The notes under the pieces were generated by a model, which was given only the letters and a program-made list of their open reading frames with translations, had not been told where the DNA came from and did no database searches. 64,000 nucleotides of DNA from contig CBDAFS010000031.1 of the NCBI GenBank assembly GCA_965195285.1, forward strand, positions 1 through 64,000, written 5' to 3'. Shown piece after piece: positions 29,919 to 40,721 of this stretch; position 1 is the stretch's first letter, and each line of letters starts with the position of its first letter. The position numbers were made by a program, and so were the translations under genes. Source of the DNA: an uncultured Aminicenantes bacterium. GTDB taxonomy: Bacteria; Acidobacteriota; Aminicenantia; UBA2199.

Positions 29919-31253
29919 GTGAGCATGAATCTTGATGATTTACTGGAAAATGTTTCCGTAATCGGAGCAGCCGGTAAAATGGGGAGCGGGATTTCCACCC
30001 TGATTGCCCAGGAAGTTGCCGGTTTGAAAATTAAGAATCCGGATAAAATTTATCGGCTGAATCTCATTGATGTCAATGAAGCGGGAGTTGACGGTTTGCA
30101 AAAATATATCAAAACCCAGCTCATCAAAGTTGCAGAGAAAACCATTGTTAGCCTGAGGCAGGCCTATGAATCCAGAGAGGATCTGGTAGAAAACCAGGAG
30201 ATTATTGATACCTTTGTGGATGAAGCACTCGGGATTCTGCGATTTGATACGGATATGAATCTGGCCCGCAACTCCGGGCTGGTATTTGAGGCCATCATTG
30301 AAAATGAAGAACTGAAAATCAAGATACTCAAGCAGCTGGAACAGATATGCGGTGATCATACCCTCTTTATGACCAATACCTCATCGATTCCCATCGGATT
30401 CCTGGATGAACAGGCCGGTCTGAAGGGAAGGATCATTGGTTATCATTTTTACAATCCCCCCATTGTACAGAAGTTGGTGGAAGTCATTTCCGCCGGGAAT
30501 ACCCGCCCCGAACTGAAGGACCTGGCCGATGAACTGGGAAAACGACTGAGAAAAAAATTGATTCCCTCCAATGATATTGCCGGTTTTGTCGGCAACGGGC
30601 ATTTTTCCCGGGATGGTCTGCTGGGAATTTCCGAACTGATGAAGATAAAAGCTGAACATTCTTTTGCCAGTGCCGTGTATATCATCAACCGGATTACCCA
30701 GGATTTTCTGGTGAGGCCCATGGGCATCTTCCAGCTGATCGATTATGTGGGCATTGATGTGTTTCAGAGCATACTGAGGGTCATGGGCAAGCATCTGAAT
30801 GACCCGGAGCTTCACAGTGACCTGATTGATGTCCTGATGGAGAAAAACATCCGGGGGGGTCAGCGGGGAGACGGTTCTCAGAAAGACGGATTTTTTAAAT
30901 ATGAAAAAAACCGCCTGACTGCTATCTATGACCTTGATGAGGAAAAGTATGTTGAGGTTGAGACCCTGAAGGCCAAACTGGATGAAAAGCTCGGCGTATT
31001 GCCCGCAGAACATCTCCCCTGGAAAAAACTGGTCTCCAACCCGGAAAGGGAAACTCTGTTGAGTGCATATTTTAAGAGGCTCCAGGAAATTGAGGGGTTG
31101 GGTGCGGAACTGGCTGTCCATTTTTTAAGACAGACCAAAAAAATCGGTGAACAATTGGTTGAGGATGGAGTGGCCGAGAATCAAAAGGATGTCAATGAAG
31201 TGCTGATAAACGGATTTTACTGGCTGTACGGCCCCATCAATGATTATGTGTGA
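29919..31253 (+). CDS. 3-hydroxyacyl-CoA dehydrogenase family protein
   Basis: VIGAAGKMGSG, FEAIIE, TNTSSIPI, GYHFYNP, GFVGN, PMGIFQLIDYVGID. Confidence 0.9.
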   Translation: MSMNLDDLLENVSVIGAAGKMGSGISTLIAQEVAGLKIKNPDKIYRLNLIDVNEAGVDGLQKYIKTQLIKVAEKTIVSLRQAYESREDLVENQEIIDTFVDEALGILRFDTDMNLARNSGLVFEAIIENEELKIKILKQLEQICGDHTLFMTNTSSIPIGFLDEQAGLKGRIIGYHFYNPPIVQKLVEVISAGNTRPELKDLADELGKRLRKKLIPSNDIAGFVGNGHFSRDGLLGISELMKIKAEHSFASAVYIINRITQDFLVRPMGIFQLIDYVGIDVFQSILRVMGKHLNDPELHSDLIDVLMEKNIRGGQRGDGSQKDGFFKYEKNRLTAIYDLDEEKYVEVETLKAKLDEKLGVLPAEHLPWKKLVSNPERETLLSAYFKRLQEIEGLGAELAVHFLRQTKKIGEQLVEDGVAENQKDVNEVLINGFYWLYGPINDYV

Positions 31254-31320
31254 TGAGTGTGGGCTCCCCATTTTCCGGTCAAGGAGACCGATAGAACGAG
31301 AGTTCATGTATTAAGGAGGA

Positions 31321-32568
31321 ATGATGAGTTTTTTCAGAAAACCAATTTATGCAACGGCTGGATATTATACGACTTCCATGGGTCAGGGCAGGAAGGAATT
31401 CCGCCCCAAGGATAAGCGGCCGGGTCTGGAGCATTATATAAAAGAAGCGGGTGAGGGTTGCCTGGCTCAGGTTGCCAATCCCGAAGCCATCGATGAAGGA
31501 GTCATTACCAATTTTATGATGGGTCGCTATAACCACCAGGGTAACCGCCCCGGGTTTTTCCCCATGATTCATCCGTCTTTCCGATACAAACCCGCTACCG
31601 GGGTTGAGGGCGCCTGCGATTCCGGTGGGCTGGGACTATCGGTTGCACTGAAAACCATTCTGGCTGATCTGGCTGATGCGGTAATGGTGGTGGGGGTGGA
31701 AGTTCAGACCACGGTCAAGGCGGTTTATGGCGCTGACTACCTGGCCGGAGCCGGCTATTACAAGGACCGGAAAAAGGGCCATGCCCATTTCTTTCCCGGA
31801 CAGTTTTCCAACCGGGCCGGTGTCTGTTTTGAAAAATTCGATCATGAAACCGTTCGGAAGGGAATGACCAGCTGGTATGTTCAGGCCATAAAAAATGCCC
31901 GCCTGAATCCCAAGGCCCAGGAATACCATAATACCGTAAAGGATCTTTTTACCCAGGGGAATACCCCGCCTAATCCCAGGGTGTTCTGTGACAACATCAA
32001 TGTATTTGATTGTTCCAAGGTGTCTGATGCCGGGACGGCTATCATTTTTGCCTCTGAACAAGGGTTGAAGAAATTGGGCGTGGAAATGAAAGATGCGGTC
32101 GAGGTGGTGGGATTCGGACAAACCGAAGACGATATTACCAATCCCCAGCCGGATATGACCCGGATGGTAACCAGCCAGAAGGCTGCGGAACTGGCCTACC
32201 AGAGAGCCGGCCTCTCTCCCCACAACATCGGGGTACTGGACGTGCATGATTGTTTTTCTATTGCCGGGGTCCTGATGATCGAAGCCCTGGGTTTTGCCGG
32301 TTACGGAGAGGGAGCGGATTTTGTCAGCTCCGGAAAAACCGGCCGGCAGGGTAGTATACCCACCAATACCAGCGGCGGACTGATCGGTTACGGTCATCCG
32401 GTGGGAGCTTCCGGAGTGAGGCAGGCGGTTGACCTGGTTCACCAACTGACCGGAAAATCAGGGGATTACCAGGTTCCAATTGAATCTGACCGCCCCTATG
32501 GAATGATGGTCTCCATGGGTGGTAATGATATCACCGTGGTGTCCATGATATTTAAAAAGATCGGTTAG
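31321..32568 (+). CDS. Thiolase (SCP2-thiolase-like, HDCF type)
   Basis: EGACDSGG, DCSKVSD, VHDCF, GHPVGASG. Confidence 0.88.
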   Translation: MMSFFRKPIYATAGYYTTSMGQGRKEFRPKDKRPGLEHYIKEAGEGCLAQVANPEAIDEGVITNFMMGRYNHQGNRPGFFPMIHPSFRYKPATGVEGACDSGGLGLSVALKTILADLADAVMVVGVEVQTTVKAVYGADYLAGAGYYKDRKKGHAHFFPGQFSNRAGVCFEKFDHETVRKGMTSWYVQAIKNARLNPKAQEYHNTVKDLFTQGNTPPNPRVFCDNINVFDCSKVSDAGTAIIFASEQGLKKLGVEMKDAVEVVGFGQTEDDITNPQPDMTRMVTSQKAAELAYQRAGLSPHNIGVLDVHDCFSIAGVLMIEALGFAGYGEGADFVSSGKTGRQGSIPTNTSGGLIGYGHPVGASGVRQAVDLVHQLTGKSGDYQVPIESDRPYGMMVSMGGNDITVVSMIFKKIG

Positions 32569-32623
32569 TTGAGTTGTCCGGCCAGGGGAGACGGTTGGAT
32601 ATTCGGTATATGGAGGTGACAGA

Positions 32624-33766
32624 ATGGATTTTTCCTTCAGTGAAGAACAAGAGATGATCATTGGTGGAGCCAGGCGGTTCGCCGAGAAAGAGCTGGCGCC
32701 GGTGGTGGAAGAACTGGATCAAAAGGGTGAATCCAATGTAAAGGCACTGCGGGATCTGGGTAACCTGGGCTATATGGGCATGACGATTCCAGTTGAATAC
32801 GGGGGTTCCGATGTCGGTGCCGTGGCCTATGCCGGCTCCATGCTGGAGCTCAGCAAGGAGGATGCCGGTACCTCGGTTGCCGTTTCTGTCCACAACTCCC
32901 TGGCGAATGAATCGGTTTTAAAATTCGGAACCGAGAGTCAGAAAAAGAAATATTTACACAAACTGGCCACAGGGGAATGGATAGGCTGTTTCTCCCTTTC
33001 CGAAGCGGATGCCGGCAGTGATCCCGGCTCCCTGAGACTTTCGGCCGAACCGGACGGCGACGGATTTGTATTGAATGGGACCAAAAACTTTACTACCAGC
33101 GGCGGATTTGCCGAGGTGATCATTGTTTTTGCACAGACCGATAAAAAAAAGGCATCCAGGGGGATTTCAGCTTTTATCCTGAAAAATGACACTTCCGGTT
33201 TTTCCATCGGGAAACATGAAAATAAAATGGGAATTCGTTCTGCCAGCTGTACCGAACTGGTGTTCAATGATTGTCATCTGCCGGCAGAGGCGCTGCTCGG
33301 ACAAGAAAATAAAGGATTGAAGATTGCCCTGACGGTTCTGGACGGGGGGCGCATGGGAATCGCGGCCCAGGCCATCGGTATTGCCGAAGCTGCTTATGAG
33401 GAAGCCCTGCGTTATTCAAAAAACCGGATCCAGTTTAAAAAACCGATCTCGGGATTCCAGGTCATTCGCTTTATGCTGGCGGATATGGCCACCGAAATCG
33501 AGGTGGCCAGGACCATGCTCTACCGGGTGGCCTGGATGAAGGAATCGGGCCAGAAGAAATTGACCAAGGAAGCCGCCATGCTGAAACTCTACGCTTCGGA
33601 AATGGCTCACCGGGTCTGCCACCAGGCCCTTCAGATTCACGGGGGGTACGGATACATGAAAGACTACAAAGTCGAGAGGCTGTACCGGGACCAGCGGATT
33701 ACCGAGATCTATGAGGGCACATCCCAGATCCAGAAATATGTGATTTCGCGGGAAATTATCGATTAG
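32624..33766 (+). CDS. Short/branched-chain acyl-CoA dehydrogenase
   Basis: SLSEADAGSD, LNGTKNFTTSG, LDGGRMGIAAQ, QIHGGYGY, EIYEGTSQIQ. Confidence 0.95.
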   Translation: MDFSFSEEQEMIIGGARRFAEKELAPVVEELDQKGESNVKALRDLGNLGYMGMTIPVEYGGSDVGAVAYAGSMLELSKEDAGTSVAVSVHNSLANESVLKFGTESQKKKYLHKLATGEWIGCFSLSEADAGSDPGSLRLSAEPDGDGFVLNGTKNFTTSGGFAEVIIVFAQTDKKKASRGISAFILKNDTSGFSIGKHENKMGIRSASCTELVFNDCHLPAEALLGQENKGLKIALTVLDGGRMGIAAQAIGIAEAAYEEALRYSKNRIQFKKPISGFQVIRFMLADMATEIEVARTMLYRVAWMKESGQKKLTKEAAMLKLYASEMAHRVCHQALQIHGGYGYMKDYKVERLYRDQRITEIYEGTSQIQKYVISREIID

Positions 33767-33875
33767 GGTCCTTCCGGTTGCCAAAAAATATTTTTTATTA
33801 TATAAGTATCCCGGATATGGTGTTCAGACAAGGAAAGACCGGTATCCAAAATGACCAGGGTGACAGGAGTTTAAA

Positions 33876-35444
33876 ATGAGCGATGACAATCATCGTGATC
33901 ATGAAAAAGCCCGCAAGCGGTTGACCGATCTGGAAAATCAGGCCGAATTGTCCGGTGGACAATCCCGGATTGACAAGCAGCATCAGGCCGGGAAATATAC
34001 GGCCCGGGAACGGATTGAAATGCTGCTGGATCCGGGCAGTTTTGTAGAACTGGACAAATTGAAAACCCATCGCTGTACAGATTTCAGCATGGAGGAAAAA
34101 AAGATATACGGTGATGGGGTGGTGACCGGATACGGGCGGATTGAAGACCGGCTGGTGTATATTTTTGCCCAGGATTTTACGGTTTTTGGTGGATCCCTGA
34201 GCGGCGCTTTTGCCGAAAAGGTGTGCAAGATCATGGATCTGGCCATGAGAAGCGGGGCGCCGGTCATTGGTCTGAACGATTCGGGGGGAGCCCGGATCCA
34301 GGAGGGAGTGGTCAGCCTGGCCGGATATGCGGATATATTCCTGCGCAATACCCTGGCTTCCGGTGTTATTCCCCAGATATCAGCCGTCATGGGGCCCTGT
34401 GCCGGTGGTGCGGTATATTCCCCGGCCATCACCGATTTTATCTTGATGATTGAAAATACTTCCTATATGTTCATTACCGGCCCGGATGTCATCCGGACAG
34501 TTACCCGTGAGGAGGTCAGCAAAGAAGATCTGGGCGGGGCCATGAGCCATGCTTCCAAAAGCGGGGTGGCCCATTTGACAGCCGGGAATGAAGACCAGGG
34601 TTTTTTAATAATTCGCGAACTTTTAAGTTACCTGCCCTCGAACAATATGGAAGAGCCTCCCCGGATAAACTGCGAGGATCCGGTTGACCGGAAAGAGGAA
34701 AAACTGAAAACCATTATACCCTCCAATCCCAATAAACCTTATGATATAAAGGATGTCATTCGACTGGTGGTGGATGATTATCATTTTTTTGAGATACATG
34801 AACACTATGCCCGGAATATTGTGGTCGGATTTGCCCGAATCAATGGCGTTTCGGTGGGGATTGTGGCCAATCAGCCTGCTCATCTGGCCGGCTGTCTGGA
34901 CATTCATTCCTCGATCAAAGGGGCCCGTTTTGTTCGTTTTTGCGATGCCTTTAACATTCCGTTGATTACCTTTGAGGATGTACCCGGTTTTTTACCCGGT
35001 ATTGATCAGGAGCATGGCGGAATTATCAAACACGGAGCTAAATTATTATATGCTTTTGCCGAATCCACCGTACCCAAGGTCACCATTATTACCCGCAAGG
35101 CTTACGGCGGCGCTTTTGATGTGATGGCTTCCAAGCATATCCGGGGTGATATCAACCTGGCCTATCCCACGGCCGAAATTGCAGTCATGGGGCCTGAAGG
35201 AGCCGTTAATATCATATTCAGAAACGAAATTGCCGAGGCCAAGGATCCGGAGAAAAAGCGGAAGGAGCTCATCAAGTATTACCGTGATACTTTTTCCAAT
35301 CCCTATAAGGCAGCGGAACTGGGATATGTTGATGCGGTCATTTTCCCGGAAGATACCCGCCGGCACATTGCCGATTCACTGGAAATGCTGAAAAACAAAC
35401 GCCAGAGCAATCCGCCCAAAAAACACGGGAACATACCGTTGTAG
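33876..35444 (+). CDS. Acyl-CoA carboxylase carboxyltransferase subunit (PccB/MmdA-like)
   Basis: [48 protein letters not shown] end. Confidence 0.95.
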   Translation: MSDDNHRDHEKARKRLTDLENQAELSGGQSRIDKQHQAGKYTARERIEMLLDPGSFVELDKLKTHRCTDFSMEEKKIYGDGVVTGYGRIEDRLVYIFAQDFTVFGGSLSGAFAEKVCKIMDLAMRSGAPVIGLNDSGGARIQEGVVSLAGYADIFLRNTLASGVIPQISAVMGPCAGGAVYSPAITDFILMIENTSYMFITGPDVIRTVTREEVSKEDLGGAMSHASKSGVAHLTAGNEDQGFLIIRELLSYLPSNNMEEPPRINCEDPVDRKEEKLKTIIPSNPNKPYDIKDVIRLVVDDYHFFEIHEHYARNIVVGFARINGVSVGIVANQPAHLAGCLDIHSSIKGARFVRFCDAFNIPLITFEDVPGFLPGIDQEHGGIIKHGAKLLYAFAESTVPKVTIITRKAYGGAFDVMASKHIRGDINLAYPTAEIAVMGPEGAVNIIFRNEIAEAKDPEKKRKELIKYYRDTFSNPYKAAELGYVDAVIFPEDTRRHIADSLEMLKNKRQSNPPKKHGNIPL

Positions 35445-35454
35445 TGATAGGGGT

Positions 35455-36963
35455 ATGGCTGAAGGTCGGAAAATCAGGAAAATTTTGATTCCCAATCGAG
35501 GGGAGATTGCAGTCCGCATTCAGCGAACCTGCCGGGAGCTCAATATTCCGTCGGTTGCCGTATTTTCGGAGCCGGATCGAAACGCCCTCCATGTCCGCTA
35601 TGCGGATGAAGCGTATCCCCTTTCCGGAAATATCCCCGTTGAAACCTATTTGAATCAGGATCGGATTTTTGAGATTGCCAGGGCGTGTGGTGCCGATGCC
35701 ATTCATCCCGGGTATGGATTCCTGAGTGAAAATGCCGAGTTTGCCCGGCGATGCTTGGAAAATGATATCATTTTCATCGGTCCTTCCCCTGAAGCCATTG
35801 AATTAATGGGGCTAAAAACCGAGGCCAGGCATCATATGGGCCAGGCGGGTGTACCGGTGATTCCCGGAACCGAACCCCTGGATAACCTGGAGATCTGCCG
35901 GCAGGAAGCCGAGAGAATCGGTTATCCGGTTTTGATTAAGGCGGTAGCCGGGGGCGGGGGCAAGGGCATGCGCATGGTTGCAACTCCGGAAGCCCTGGAA
36001 CGCGCCTACGGGTCTGCGGGCCGGGAGGCCAAATCCGCTTTCGGGGATCAACGGGTTTACATTGAGAAATACCTGAGCAAGCCGCGTCACATCGAATTTC
36101 AAATCCTGGCTGATCAGAACGGAAATGTTGTTCACCTTTATGAGCGGGAGTGTTCGGTACAGAGGCGCCATCAGAAAATCATAGAAGAGACCCCCTCTCC
36201 GATCCTGGATGAGGAGATGCGCTCCCGGATGGGTGCCGTGGCCATTGAAGCCGCCCGAGCCTGTCAGTATACCAATGCCGGGACGGTTGAATTTCTGGTG
36301 GATGAGAGGCGCAACTTCTATTTTCTGGAAATGAACACCCGGCTCCAGGTGGAGCATCCCATTACCGAGATGATCACCGGTATCGATATTGTCAAGCAGC
36401 AGATTCATATTGCCCAGGGAGGGAACATCTCTCCGGGTCCGGTTTTCCGGCATGGAGCCGCCCTGGAGTGCCGGATCTATGCCGAGGACCCGACGCGCGA
36501 TTTTTTACCCTCCCCGGGATTGATCAAGGGGCTCACCGATCCGGGAGGTCCGGGTGTTCGAAATGATTCGGGGGTTTACAGCGGTTATACCATTCCCGTA
36601 GAATACGATCCCATGATATCCAAGCTGGTGACCTGGGGAACAGACCGTAACCAGGCTCTGAACCGGATGTTGCGGGCCCTGGAAGAATTTCGTCTGTTGG
36701 GAATACGAACCAATATATCCTACCTTCGGAAAATATTGCAACACCCCGGTTTTCAATCCGGGGACTACGATACCCTGTTTATTGAAAAATTTCAGCAGGA
36801 GTTGCTCCAATCCACCGGAAAGGGAGATGAAACCATTGCCCTTTACGCTGCTGCGGTTTTAAGCCTGATCAGTGGAAAAAAAACCGGTTCGGTCTCTTGG
36901 GATGAGAATAAAAAAGTGTCGTCCTGGAAATATTCAAACAGAACCTGGAAGGTCCCCCGATGA
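35455..36963 (+). CDS. Biotin carboxylase subunit
   Basis: NRGEIA, HPGYGFLSENA, GGGGKGMR, RECSVQRRHQK, EMNTRLQVEH. Confidence 0.95.
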   Translation: MAEGRKIRKILIPNRGEIAVRIQRTCRELNIPSVAVFSEPDRNALHVRYADEAYPLSGNIPVETYLNQDRIFEIARACGADAIHPGYGFLSENAEFARRCLENDIIFIGPSPEAIELMGLKTEARHHMGQAGVPVIPGTEPLDNLEICRQEAERIGYPVLIKAVAGGGGKGMRMVATPEALERAYGSAGREAKSAFGDQRVYIEKYLSKPRHIEFQILADQNGNVVHLYERECSVQRRHQKIIEETPSPILDEEMRSRMGAVAIEAARACQYTNAGTVEFLVDERRNFYFLEMNTRLQVEHPITEMITGIDIVKQQIHIAQGGNISPGPVFRHGAALECRIYAEDPTRDFLPSPGLIKGLTDPGGPGVRNDSGVYSGYTIPVEYDPMISKLVTWGTDRNQALNRMLRALEEFRLLGIRTNISYLRKILQHPGFQSGDYDTLFIEKFQQELLQSTGKGDETIALYAAAVLSLISGKKTGSVSWDENKKVSSWKYSNRTWKVPR

Positions 36964-37469
36964 AGTATACCACCGTACTGAATGAACAGGAACGGGAACT
37001 TGAAATTACCCCCCTGAAAACACATCTTTTTGAAATAAAAATTGACGGGGAATGTCATGAGATTGAGGCCTGCCACTGCGGAAACGATTTGATTTCTTTG
37101 CTCATCGATAACCGGTCTTATGATATCTCATATTCCTTTGATGGTGATATGGTTTATTTGAATTTCAGAAACCAGTATTTTAATATTGAAGTGCTGGATG
37201 AACGGAAAATTCGCATGCGCCGGGTGCGTTCCAGCCTGGATCTTTCCGGACCGGAGATCATCAAAACCTCCATGCCCGGCCGGGTGGTCAAAATCCTGGT
37301 TGAACCCGGTGAAAAGGTGGAGGTCGGGGCCGGGATTATTATCATTGAAGCCATGAAGATGGAAAACGAGATCCAGTGTCGTCATTCGGGAGTGGTCAAA
37401 AAGCTGAATGTCAAGCCGGGACAGACGGTTGAGAGTGAAGTGGTCCTGGTGGAGATAGAGCCCGAATAA
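36960..37469 (+). CDS. Biotin carboxyl carrier protein
   Basis: SMPGRV and EAMKMENE biotinylation motif; ATGA overlap with the upstream gene. Confidence 0.93.
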   Translation: MKYTTVLNEQERELEITPLKTHLFEIKIDGECHEIEACHCGNDLISLLIDNRSYDISYSFDGDMVYLNFRNQYFNIEVLDERKIRMRRVRSSLDLSGPEIIKTSMPGRVVKILVEPGEKVEVGAGIIIIEAMKMENEIQCRHSGVVKKLNVKPGQTVESEVVLVEIEPE

Positions 37470-37487
37470 ATTATGTTACAATAAACC

Positions 37488-39437
37488 ATGAAAAAATATT
37501 TTTCCCTGGGTCGGCTGGTCATTTTGATGGCAGCCGTGGTATTTGGTTGTAGTTTCTGTCAGGAAGAGGAAATCATTGTCCCTGAGATAATTGAAATCCG
37601 CCTCGAGGATCATACCCGGGAAGCCGGGCTGGAGGTCTATAAGATGACTTTCGGGGTGGCGGTAAGCGATATCAACAATGACGGACATGATGACCTGGTG
37701 GTGGGCAATCATGGAGATCTGCCCTCCCTGTTTCTGCGTCAGGGCCCGCAATTCAAGGATTTTTCAGACATCCTTCCCGAGCGGATTGAGATGGACCGGC
37801 ACGGGGTCACTGTTGTTGACCTGGAGAATGACGGGGATAAAGACCTGGTTTTTGCCGGGGGCGGGGCCGATGGCGTTGGCAACGGATGCAAGAACCGGCT
37901 CTACAAGAATTTGAAAAGCGAGACAAACAACCTGGCCTTCCAGGATATTTCCGAGGAGGTGGGCATCGCCTACCAGCCCTGGAGAACCCGGCATTTTTTG
38001 CCTCTGCCCGGTCCCGGCGGTTCTCTGGTTGACCTGTACATGGTTTGCCTGGTCCGGGAAAGTTGCCCGGATCTATATTTTTCCAATCAGAGCGTTGGCT
38101 CCATCCGGCTCCAGGTGAATGAATCACCGGGGCTCAACCAGGGCTTCAGCTCCGAGGGAAGGGATATTTTTTTTGATTATGACCGGGACGGGGATCAGGA
38201 TTTGTTGATCATTTCCAAGAGCAAACCTCAGTTTTATGAACGGGTAAACAATCAATATCAACGGAAAGACGGGATATTCCCTTCCCTGGCCAGTGTGTTC
38301 TGTCTGGCCTGCGGAGATTTGAATAATGATGGTTATCTGGATGTCTATTTTGGCCGGGAAGCCAGGAAAACCAAATCCGACAATTTGTCCACCAATAATA
38401 ACGAGATTCATTTTGTCTTCAGAAAGCATGATGATGACCGGTTTGACCGGATCAACTTTAATATTAACGGCAATTCGATTTACATTGACTTTGTTCAGCA
38501 TCTTACCACCGGTGAGACTATTGTGGATCCCTCTAATATTTTTATCGGAGCGGAAAATCAGAATCCGGAGGCCCGGAGAGCGACCATCATGGCCGAATTG
38601 GCTGTCGGCGAATCGCTGAGGGAAAAGCCCGGAATATATATCTGGAAAGATTCAGGGATCAACCTGTGGCACCTGGAGTGGGTGTATGATGAAGAGGAGA
38701 GAACAGACAAGGGCCGTTTATTGGCCGAATCCATCAACAACCTGACAGAGGAAAACCTGGAAATCATTCCGGTCGACGACATCAATGACCTGATTTTCAT
38801 CAATCAGAGTGGTATGACTTTTGTGGAATTGGTGCTTCCGGAATTGATCCACCAGAAGGTGACCCGGACCGTGACCATGTGTGATTTGAATAATGACGGC
38901 TGGCTGGATATTGTCGGGCTTCGCGGCGGGGAAGATGGCCAGTACAATGGGGATCCCTTCCTGTTTACCAATCAGGGGGATCTGAGTTTCGAATTCAACC
39001 GGATCATGCAGAATGACCAGGATGACATTTTTCAGGCCGATCAGCTGGTCTGGGGATTCTTCAATAATGACGGGTTGCCGGATATCTTTTTTACCAACGG
39101 TTTCGGCTTGAATCCGGGTCAGCTGGGGCCCTATAAGATGTACCTGAACCAAACCCAGAATCCCGGCAATTTTGTGATCATTGAGCTGGAAGGCCTGACC
39201 TGCAACCGGGATGCCATTGGCGCCCAGGTTGAATTAAATACAGCTTCCGGTGAATTCCTGGGTTATCGCCAGCTGGGAGCCGGTTTTAACCGTTCTCAGA
39301 GCACCCATAAACTTCATTTCGGTTTGGGAGAAACAAATGAAGAACTTTGGGCCCGGATCCGCTGGCCCGGAACCTCCATCTGGGACGAGAGAGAGGTCCG
39401 GATCAATCAAATCAACCGGATCGTACAGCAGATGTGA
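37488..39437 (+). CDS. Exported FG-GAP / ASPIC-UnbV (CRTAC1-like) protein, possibly a lipoprotein
   Basis: Repeated DxxNDGxxD motifs, NRDAIGAQV, LHFGLG, IRWP; N-terminal AVVFGC. Confidence 0.85.
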   Translation: MKKYFSLGRLVILMAAVVFGCSFCQEEEIIVPEIIEIRLEDHTREAGLEVYKMTFGVAVSDINNDGHDDLVVGNHGDLPSLFLRQGPQFKDFSDILPERIEMDRHGVTVVDLENDGDKDLVFAGGGADGVGNGCKNRLYKNLKSETNNLAFQDISEEVGIAYQPWRTRHFLPLPGPGGSLVDLYMVCLVRESCPDLYFSNQSVGSIRLQVNESPGLNQGFSSEGRDIFFDYDRDGDQDLLIISKSKPQFYERVNNQYQRKDGIFPSLASVFCLACGDLNNDGYLDVYFGREARKTKSDNLSTNNNEIHFVFRKHDDDRFDRINFNINGNSIYIDFVQHLTTGETIVDPSNIFIGAENQNPEARRATIMAELAVGESLREKPGIYIWKDSGINLWHLEWVYDEEERTDKGRLLAESINNLTEENLEIIPVDDINDLIFINQSGMTFVELVLPELIHQKVTRTVTMCDLNNDGWLDIVGLRGGEDGQYNGDPFLFTNQGDLSFEFNRIMQNDQDDIFQADQLVWGFFNNDGLPDIFFTNGFGLNPGQLGPYKMYLNQTQNPGNFVIIELEGLTCNRDAIGAQVELNTASGEFLGYRQLGAGFNRSQSTHKLHFGLGETNEELWARIRWPGTSIWDEREVRINQINRIVQQM

Positions 39438-39496
39438 AAAGAACCGGGTTTCCTTTATCACTTCAAAAAAGAAAATAAAAAAAATTCAAATAAAAG

Positions 39497-39531
39497 TTGA
39501 CAAATGAGATTAATTATCGTATATTTACGAT
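39497..39531 (+). promoter_or_regulatory. ars promoter with overlapping palindromic operator
   Basis: TTGACA-17 nt-TATATT; perfect inverted repeat ATCGTA-n4-TACGAT at 39516-39531 covering the -10. Confidence 0.75.
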
Positions 39532-39548
39532 GAACGATAAGAGAGGTT

Positions 39549-39869
39549 GTGATGGTGAAATCAAAAACCAAAAGAATCAATCCGGAATATCTGTTACTGG
39601 CTGATTATTCCAAGGCCTTATCCCATCCGGTCAGGGTTGAAATTCTGAAAATCCTTATGGAAAAAAAAACCTGTATCTGTGGTGATATTGTTGAATTGCT
39701 GCCCCTGGCCCAGTCCACGGTCTCCCAACACCTGAAGGAGCTGAAACGGGTGGGTCTGATCAAAGGAGAGATAGAGGGGCCCAGAACCTGTTATTGTTTA
39801 GATATTAGCAGGTTGAAAAAAGCAAAGAGGGTTTTTTCAGAATTATTTTCAAAAATTTGTCAATGTTGA
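39549..39869 (+). CDS. arsR: ArsR/SmtB-family metalloregulator
   Basis: [34 protein letters not shown]-terminal CQC; upstream of arsM. Confidence 0.92.
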   Translation: MMVKSKTKRINPEYLLLADYSKALSHPVRVEILKILMEKKTCICGDIVELLPLAQSTVSQHLKELKRVGLIKGEIEGPRTCYCLDISRLKKAKRVFSELFSKICQC

Positions 39870-39887
39870 ATTTAGGGAGAATATAAG

Positions 39888-40721
39888 ATGCAGGATGCAA
39901 AAGAAATCAAGGAAATTGTGAAGAAGAAGTACGGGGAAATTGCCAGAAAAACCAGGGGGGAAAATTGTTGCGGGTCTTCCGGTTGTTGTTCCTCAAAAGA
40001 ACCGGATTATACAGCCATTGGTGAAAAATATGAGGACATAAACGGATATGTGGCTGAAGCGGATCTGGGTCTGGGCTGCGGTCTGCCCACCGAATATGCG
40101 GACATCAAACCCGGTGATACGGTGGTTGATCTGGGGTCGGGTGCCGGAAACGATGTGTTTGTGGCCCGCTCAATAGTTGGAGAAACCGGAAGGGTTATCG
40201 GGATTGATATGACCCCGGAGATGATCGAACAGGCCAATATCAACAATCAAAAAATGGGATTTGAAAATGTTGAGTTTCATCACAGTGAGATCGAAGACCT
40301 CCCCCTTGAGCAGAATTCGGTTGATGTGGTGGTCAGTAATTGTGTACTAAATCTTGTCCCTGATAAGAATAAGGCATTTTCGGAAATCCATCGCATCCTG
40401 AAACCCGGTGGTCATTTTTGCATTTCTGATATTGTTTTGAAAGGAAAGCTCCCTGAAGAATTGAAGAGATCTGTCGAGGTGTATGTGGGATGTGTGGCCG
40501 GTGCAATGCAAATGGATGAATATCTGGATGTGATTAAAGAAGCCGGATTTTCCGGGATTGAGATCAAAGCCTCCAAATCCATTTGCCTGACCGATGAAAT
40601 GTTTAAGGATTTTATCACTGAAAAGGAAATAGAGCTTTATAAAAACAGTCGGGTCGACATTTTTAGTATCACGGTTGTGGGCCATAAATCCAATATTAAG
40701 TTAAGGGGGGACGGTGCTTGA
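39888..40721 (+). CDS. arsM: Arsenite S-adenosylmethionine methyltransferase
   Basis: N-terminal CC pairs, LGLGCGLP, VVDLGSGAGND, SNCVLNL, GCVAGA. Confidence 0.93.
   Translation: MQDAKEIKEIVKKKYGEIARKTRGENCCGSSGCCSSKEPDYTAIGEKYEDINGYVAEADLGLGCGLPTEYADIKPGDTVVDLGSGAGNDVFVARSIVGETGRVIGIDMTPEMIEQANINNQKMGFENVEFHHSEIEDLPLEQNSVDVVVSNCVLNLVPDKNKAFSEIHRILKPGGHFCISDIVLKGKLPEELKRSVEVYVGCVAGAMQMDEYLDVIKEAGFSGIEIKASKSICLTDEMFKDFITEKEIELYKNSRVDIFSITVVGHKSNIKLRGDGA

Noticed and set aside
30381-32445. Long antisense ORFs (246 aa and 269 aa), and similar shadows such as 35812-36453
   Set aside because: They lie opposite well-conserved enzymes and lack motifs; typical codon-bias shadow ORFs.
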